This document shows positions 57,701 to 64,000 of a stretch of DNA of 64,000 bases, in pieces. The notes under the pieces are model-generated. The model did no database searches. It saw nothing but the letters and a program-made list of their open reading frames with translations, and was not told where the DNA came from. This DNA comes from Mizuhopecten yessoensis (Eukaryota). Location: assembly GCF_002113885.1 (NCBI RefSeq), contig NW_018407525.1:374157-438156 (forward strand), in the 5' to 3' direction. The position numbers and the translations under genes were made by a program. The stretch's first letter is position 1; each line of letters opens with the position of its first letter.

Positions 57701-60498
57701 GTAAATGCTTTTTGTTTAAACTAAAAGGATATATTGCTTCTATAAATCTTTAGAATGATTTATGATTCAAGAATGTCTTTCATGGTCAATATAATCCTTT
57801 TTGTTCTATAAGTGTTTTGGATCCTACTTCAAAAGAAAGAAAGAAATGACTGAATGTATAGAATAACAATGGATTTTCTCATGAAAAGTAGTTTTAGATT
57901 TCAAACGAAAGGTGAACTAATAAACTGATTGATACAAAATGACATGAATAGATAACCCCAAACAACGTTTGTCAAAACAATTTTAACTATTCTTAGTTGA
58001 CACGAATGGTATTTTTACTTTGGAAAATTTGACACCATCGGCCGTTTTTTAACCCGTATTCTATTTCTAGTTATATTTTGTTTTGTAATAAAATGCACTT
58101 TTATATAACGGATATGTATATGTTGATTAAAATAAATTTTAAAAATGCTTTATCCGCGTCAATGACGCGTATGTAATGCGATGAGATCACACTGAAAGCC
58201 GACAGTCCCTATTGTGTACCAATATAAACCCTAATACTGAAATCAACTTTACGTCACTCAGACTACCACGTACAAATCTACTAAATAGAGCTATTTAACC
58301 CTGGAGATTCCCAAAATAGTATTATATTTCATCTCGGATACACTCCAATAAGTATGCAAGTCTAAAAGGAAAGAGTACCGTATTTAACAAAAAAAACACC
58401 ATTCTCATATATGAAGCTTATGACTAGATAAATCCAACATCAATATTTTTAGCAGAGATTGGTTAGAATCGTTTAAACCTAGGAAAAAGTGTTATGAATA
58501 AGATATGAAAAGCGTCCTGACAGTGGTTATTAAGTGACAGATTTGATACTTCATGAAAAACTTCATTCAAACACAAACGGTTTTGTCTATCAATGAAAAG
58601 GTATGATATCCATAAGTAAGAAGGTATGTAATGTACAGAATTCATAGGGCTGGTTTTGTTGTTTTATCAAAGGTTTGAACAAACTGTTGGTGGTCAAAAG
58701 TTACATTACGCATATATATCTATTCTAACCTCACCGTCAAATGATTTCATATTGTTTATTATTTTATCAGTGGTTTCCACGTCGATGGTGAATGATACAG
58801 ATGATAATGAGCAAGCTGGCAGTCGTTGTTTTTGTGGTAATTAAAGTCGGTTAATCTACAACTGTTGAAGAATACAGGAAAGGTGCATACTGAAATTGAT
58901 ATAAATTTTACATCACTTGTTACAGAAACCTTTTTAAAACTCAAGCAGGCATGTGGCTTCTCAGCATCGAATCTTACGATTTCAGGAACATTCACCGGGA
59001 AAGGTTTATAGCCGAGCACAAGGTACAACATTCACCGAGTGAAATGAGACGTGAAAACTATGGCCGCCGGCAGCCTCGTTATGGCTGTGTACCAAGCAAC
59101 ACACCTCAGAAGCGCCCTCAGGCGGTCGAGAACTGACTTCTGAATTGCTAAAACAATGATTATCTGTAATGTTTAATCAACATACAGATAAGTCGTGAGC
59201 ATACTGGGCCTTGGGCGGGTGAGATAAGGCTTTAGCGGTAGACATTTGTATCGTCCGCCCTGCTCTTATCAGTCTGTAGCTCGACCAGGTATACGTACAC
59301 AAAATGACTGGCGACATGTGGAAAGTTTGTCAACCCCAGTAAAAACGCGACAAAATAAAAGTTAAATCAACGATAAGAGCTCTCTCGATATCCCTTTTAA
59401 GGGCAAAAATGCCACAGTGTTTAATACCAGGTATGATATATTCAGTATTGTTTTCATGTATAGAAACAAAACCTAAGAAAATATTATGGTTGAAATATTT
59501 ATAGAACAGAAGAGTATCATAGCATTTGATAAACAAAAAACTCTCATTGTAATGGAAGAAATACCAATAAATTGTAAGAAGGACATGATAAATTATTGAT
59601 CGACATCAAAAAGGGGGATAACAGGATAAAACATCCACATTTGAGTAGCTGTAATAGGCAAAACTTGTGAGAGATTGGGTTTCTATTCTTGGTCACATCA
59701 TCAGCAACAACAGGATTTATTGGTTTCCCTCAAATTTTACATATCGTACATAGTATGTTTCATTAAGATTTTATAAATGTCCTCTAATGTTTATTACATA
59801 AATATTCTAATTGCGTACTGATATTATTTCAAGCAAAGCACAACTATAAGACTGTATATCGTTATAGAAATATCTTAAATAGTGTACTCGGTGTCATGAA
59901 CTGTGCTATCTACAGAAAACAGACCAGGATATCAAATCCTAATAAGGACGCGCAAAGACATTCGGGCATTAGCCAACACATTTTGTTTGACAAATCTTTT
60001 TTCAGTATTATGGACAGGAAAATCGTTACCTCGGCATGTTTAAAGGTACGGTAGACACCATATGTTTCTGAATAGGTCTGCTTCGTAATGCATCATATTG
60101 TCAGAAATTGCGCCATATTTGATGGCAGCAGACGACCAAGTGGTCGCATCTGCTACAGAATTGTCAAACCGACGCTTACAGTGTAATTAATCTAATTCTA
60201 CTTATTCATTTTGATTGGAAGTTTGCTTGACCGTTTTCGTTTTTACTACTTTAAAAAACAAAATGAAAAATATTTACAAAAGCATGTTCTTTGCTAAGTT
60301 TTAAGCTTGTTCTCTGGTGCCTGGTATTAAAATATACAAATTAATTTGTTAACGAAACGTATTTCAACGAAATGGCATACACCTTTACAATACAATAAGT
60401 GTCTGCTTCATGTGAAGTTTTGTTATTTACAACTCTTATACTTATATCCCATTAACTGATGTTTTTGTACTTTTGAGCATTTTTTTGCATTTTACTTA

Positions 60499-60724
60499 GG
60501 CAAAAAATACAACTATTGTTTGTTTCCGGTTACCCTACCTACCTTATTTTTTTAGTCTGCCCGTAACCCATTTTGGACAATTCTCAGGAAGCAATTTTAA
60601 AGACAAGATCACTCTCCTATGTAAACCAAATTAGAAAAAGAAACCATGTAAAATAAAATGCATAACCTTCCTACCCTTATTTTGCAGACATGTAACAGGA
60701 AACCAACATGTTGTTTTCTTAGCC
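60499..60724. mobile_element. MITE with ~35-bp imperfect TIRs (possibly PIF/Harbinger-type)
   Basis: 5' ggcaaaaaatacaactattgtttgtttccggttac versus reverse complement of the 3' end ggctaagaaaacaacatgttggtttcctgttac. Left flank is TTA; the right TSD is not preserved. Confidence 0.65.
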
Positions 60725-60923
60725 TCGGCATATGTTTCTTAAATATTGAACAAATAATTTACTATCGGTCTTACTGGAATGAACGCGAAATTAATCATTG
60801 ATATCAAGCAAAACAAATAAGCTTTTCACAATATCACTCTGTCATTTGGGGGGAAAGACCGACAAACACATGACTTATGTGGGAGTACTGCCTTATTCGG
60901 TGTTTTTTTCTGATGTGGAGGCA

Positions 60924-61185
60924 TTTAAAAACTAAAATTGATCTGCTGCCTCACATGCAACATTTGATATTTTCTTTTCTCTCCTTCCTTTTCTTTCTTT
61001 CGGAACGATCTAGAAATCTGAGGTTGTATTTTATGTATTGGCGTTCGGTCGATTCCTACCTCAGCCGGAAGCAGATTGATTTGTCCTATTTACAGATAGG
61101 AATGGCTTTAAAAAACTAAAATTGATCTGCTGCCTCACATGCAACATTTGATATTTTCTTTTCTCTCCTTCCTTTTCTTTCTTTC
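60924..61185 (+). repeat. 78-bp direct repeat (60924-61001, 61107-61185) flanking a 106-bp copy of 63850-63955
   Basis: The direct repeats differ only by one A in a homopolymer. The insert 61001-61106 reads identical to 63850-63955. Confidence 0.95.
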
Positions 61186-61189
61186 TGCT

Positions 61190-62950
61190 TTGTCTTTGTC
61201 TCCCTAGGCATCACTTGTTCTTTGTCTCCCTATACACCACTTGAACTTTGTCTCCCTAGGAACGACTTGTTTTTTGTCTCCCTCGGCACCACTTGTTCTT
61301 TGTCTCTCTCGGCACCACTTGTTCTGTGTCTCCCTAGGTGCCACTTGTGCTTTGTCTCCCTAGGAACGACTTATTCTTTGTATTCCTAGGCACCACTTGT
61401 TCTGTGTCTCCCTAAGCACGACTTCTTCTTTGTCTCCCTAGGTGCCACTTGTGCTTTGTTTCCCTAGGAACGACTTGTTCTGTATCTTCCTTGGCACTAC
61501 TTGTTTTTTGTCTCCCTCGGCACCACTTGTTCTTAGTCTCCCTAGGCACCACTTGTTCTTAGTCTCCCTAGGTGCCACTTGTGCTTTGTCTCTTTAGGCA
61601 CCACTTTTTCTTTGTCTTCCTTGGCACCACTTGTTCTTTATCTCCCTAGGCACCACTTGTTCTTTGTCTCCCTAGGTGTCACTTGTTCTTTGTCTCCCTA
61701 GGCACCACTTGTTCTGTGTCTCCCTAGGCACCACTTGTTCTGTGTCTCCCTAGGTGCCACTTGTTCTGTGTCTCCCTCGGCACCAGTTGTTCTGTGTCTC
61801 CCTAGGCACTACTTGTTCTGTGTCTCCCTAGGCACGACTTCTTCTTTGTCTCCCTAGGTGCAACTTGTTCTTTGTCTCCCTAGGTGCCACTTGTGCTTTG
61901 TCTCCCTAGGAACGACTTGTTCTTTGTATTCCTAGGCACCACTTGTTATCTGTCCCCCTAGGCACCACTTGTTCTTTATCTCCCTAGGAACGACTTGTTC
62001 TTAGTCTCCCTAGGCACCACTTGTGCTTTATCTCCCTAGGAACGACTTGTTCTTTGTATTCCTAGGCACCACTTGTTATCTGTCCCCCTAGGCACCACTT
62101 GTTCTTTATCTCCCTAGGAACGACTTGTTCTGTATCTTCCTTGGCACTACTTGTTTTTTGTCTCCCTAGGTGCGTCTTGTGCTTTGTCTCCCTAGGAACG
62201 ACTTGTTCTTTGTATTCCTAGGCACCACTTGTTATCTGTCTCCCTAGGCACTACTTCTTCTTTGTCTCTCTCGGCACCACTTGTTCTGTGTCTCCCTAGG
62301 TGCACTTGTGCTTTGTCTCCCTAGGAACGACTTGTTCTTTGTATTCCTAGGCACAACTTGTTATCTGTCCCCCTAGGCACCACTTGTTCTTTATCTCCCT
62401 AGGAACGACTTGTTCTTAGTCTCCCTAGGCACCACTTGTTCTTAGTCTCCCTAGGTGCCACTTGTGCTTTGTCTCCCTAGGCACCACTTGTTCTTTGTCT
62501 CCCTAGGCACCATTTGTTCTGTGTCTCCCTAGGCACCACTTGTTCTGTGTCTCCATCGGCACCAGTTGTTCTGTGTCTCCCTAGGCACCAGTTGTTCTTT
62601 GTCTCCCTCGGCACCACTTGTTCTTTGTCTCCCTAGGCACCACTTGTTCTTTGTCTCCCTCGGCACCACTTGTTCTGTGTCTCCATCGGCACCAGTTGTT
62701 CTGTGTCTCCCTCGGCACCAGTTGTTCTTTGTCTCCCTCGGCACCACTTGTTCTTTGTCTCCCTCGGCACCACTTGTTCTTTGTCTCCCAAGGTGCCACT
62801 TGTCCTTTGTCTCCCTAGGTGCCACTTGTTCTTTGTCTCCCTAGGTGCCACTTGTTCTTTGTCTCCCTAAGCACCACTTGTTCTTTGTCTCCCTAGGCGC
62901 CTTTTGTTCTTTGTCCCGTAAGCCACCACTTGTCGTTTTTCTTCTTAGGT
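61190..62950. repeat. 26/27-bp minisatellite, ~67 units
   Basis: Consensus cctaggcaccacttgttctttgtctc; 27-bp variant cctaggtgccacttg. A multi-unit block (gaacgacttgttctttgtattcctaggcaccacttgttatctgtc...) recurs about four times between 61900 and 62400. Confidence 0.98.
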
Positions 62951-63419
62951 AACACTGGTTAACCTAGCTGTTGTCATTATGATATGACCCGGCTGTAGTG
63001 TCATGCTACCTTGACCAGGTAATGACGTTTTAGTGATCCGACACTCCGAAGTGGACCTTGACTGGCCTGTCATCGGCGGACTTCGTCTATATTGGTTGTA
63101 AACTTTTGTTTCTTTCTGAATACAAACGTTTACATTTCAGTTTACATAATTTTTGTTTTCAGAAACAGAATCAAGAAACAAGCTGATGAAACCTACATAA
63201 ATCCGTTTTCTATAGATGGAGATAAACTACGTGAAAATATATGGACAGTATATCATAAAGAAACGTATAGTTCACCGTGGAATTAAAGATTGTTTTATCA
63301 TAGTGAGGGGAGAGAGGTAAGGAAGGCGGTGCAGTCAAAATTGTTTGCTAATTGAATAACAGATATATTTCTCCTTAAAACACATAGATACATATACATA
63401 CTGATATATAGAGAATAAT

Positions 63420-63690
63420 ACATGCCTTTTTCCATATCACACCCAGTATCAACCCGAGACTGCAGTATCAGCCCAAGGGCTGATATTGCAGTCTCGGGTT
63501 GATACTATGATTTTTTTTTTTTTTTTTGAAATATTGAAAAACTATTTTTTTTCCAAAAGGGGTGTGATATGGGTTTTGCGGGCTGATACGGGTGGCGAGG
63601 GCTGATATGGGTAAGAGCGATTGTGTCGTATCGCATATACAAAAAAAAACGTATTTATTCGTAAGTATGTAATAAATTATTATTATGCGT
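63420..63690. mobile_element. Unclassified palindromic non-autonomous element
   Basis: 30-bp arms at 63445-63474 and 63477-63506 (one mismatch, 2-nt loop). Outer arm ccatatcacaccc (63432-63444) pairs with gggtgtgatatgg (63560-63572). Repeated gggctgata motifs follow. Confidence 0.7.
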
Positions 63691-63849
63691 AACAATTACA
63701 GACAGCAGTCTTCATTTGTATCAAACTCTGAACAAGCAAACAATCATGTTCTATCCTGGAACTACATAATAATGATGCGTGTATAAATTGAAGTATATAA
63801 AGAAAATATTTTTATTTTAAATACACATTTTCTATTTAACAGTATATCC

Positions 63850-63955
63850 CGGAACGATCTAGAAATCTGAGGTTGTATTTTATGTATTGGCGTTCGGTCG
63901 ATTCCTACCTCAGCCGGAAGCAGATTGATTTGTCCTATTTACAGATAGGAATGGC
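63850..63955 (+). repeat. Second copy of the 106-bp segment at 61001-61106
   Basis: cggaacgatctagaaatctg...gataggaatggc is identical by eye to 61001-61106. Confidence 0.95.
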
Positions 63956-64000
63956 CCGTCTCCGGATTATGTTCAACTGTATTCTGCCTGGGGAAATGCA

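Noticed and set aside
62529-62870. Overlapping ORFs on both strands
   Set aside because: Produced by the 26-bp minisatellite where the tag-containing units are mutated.
61190-62950. CRISPR-like appearance of regularly spaced short repeats (also 33.3-36.5 kb and 38.2-39.0 kb)
   Set aside because: Units are contiguous with no unique spacers, no cas genes, and a eukaryotic context.
1-64000. Apparent abundance of TGACAG and ATGGCG (YY1/Pho-like) motifs
   Set aside because: Counts by eye are close to base-composition expectation or lie within transposon remnants; enrichment cannot be claimed without computation.

Overview
AT-rich eukaryotic genomic DNA, most likely from a bivalve mollusc (possibly a scallop). 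That assignment is inferred from repeat families I recognise from memory: V-domain and CORE-domain tRNA-derived SINEs, Penelope-like retroelement remnants and palindromic MITEs. I find no intact protein-coding gene, tRNA/rRNA gene, CRISPR array or operon. The long ORFs in the track come from tandem repeats or are chance open frames. The window looks like an intergenic desert or very large intron. It holds three large minisatellites (30 bp at 33.3-36.5 kb; 44 bp = 2x22 bp at 38.2-39.0 kb; 26/27 bp at 61.2-62.9 kb), several SINE/MITE/Penelope fossils, and many short GC/CpG-richer islands with transcription-factor-like motif clusters and isolated splice-site pairs. The most unusual directly visible structures are: (i) an A-B-A'-X-B' rearrangement at 60.9-64.0 kb with a 106-bp exact non-adjacent duplication; (ii) a minisatellite whose unit mimics a 3' splice acceptor and which starts at the end of a long polypyrimidine tract; (iii) readable expansion histories in the 30-bp and 44-bp arrays. 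I do not see support for a new multi-gene biological system. All regulatory and exon calls are low-confidence hypotheses.
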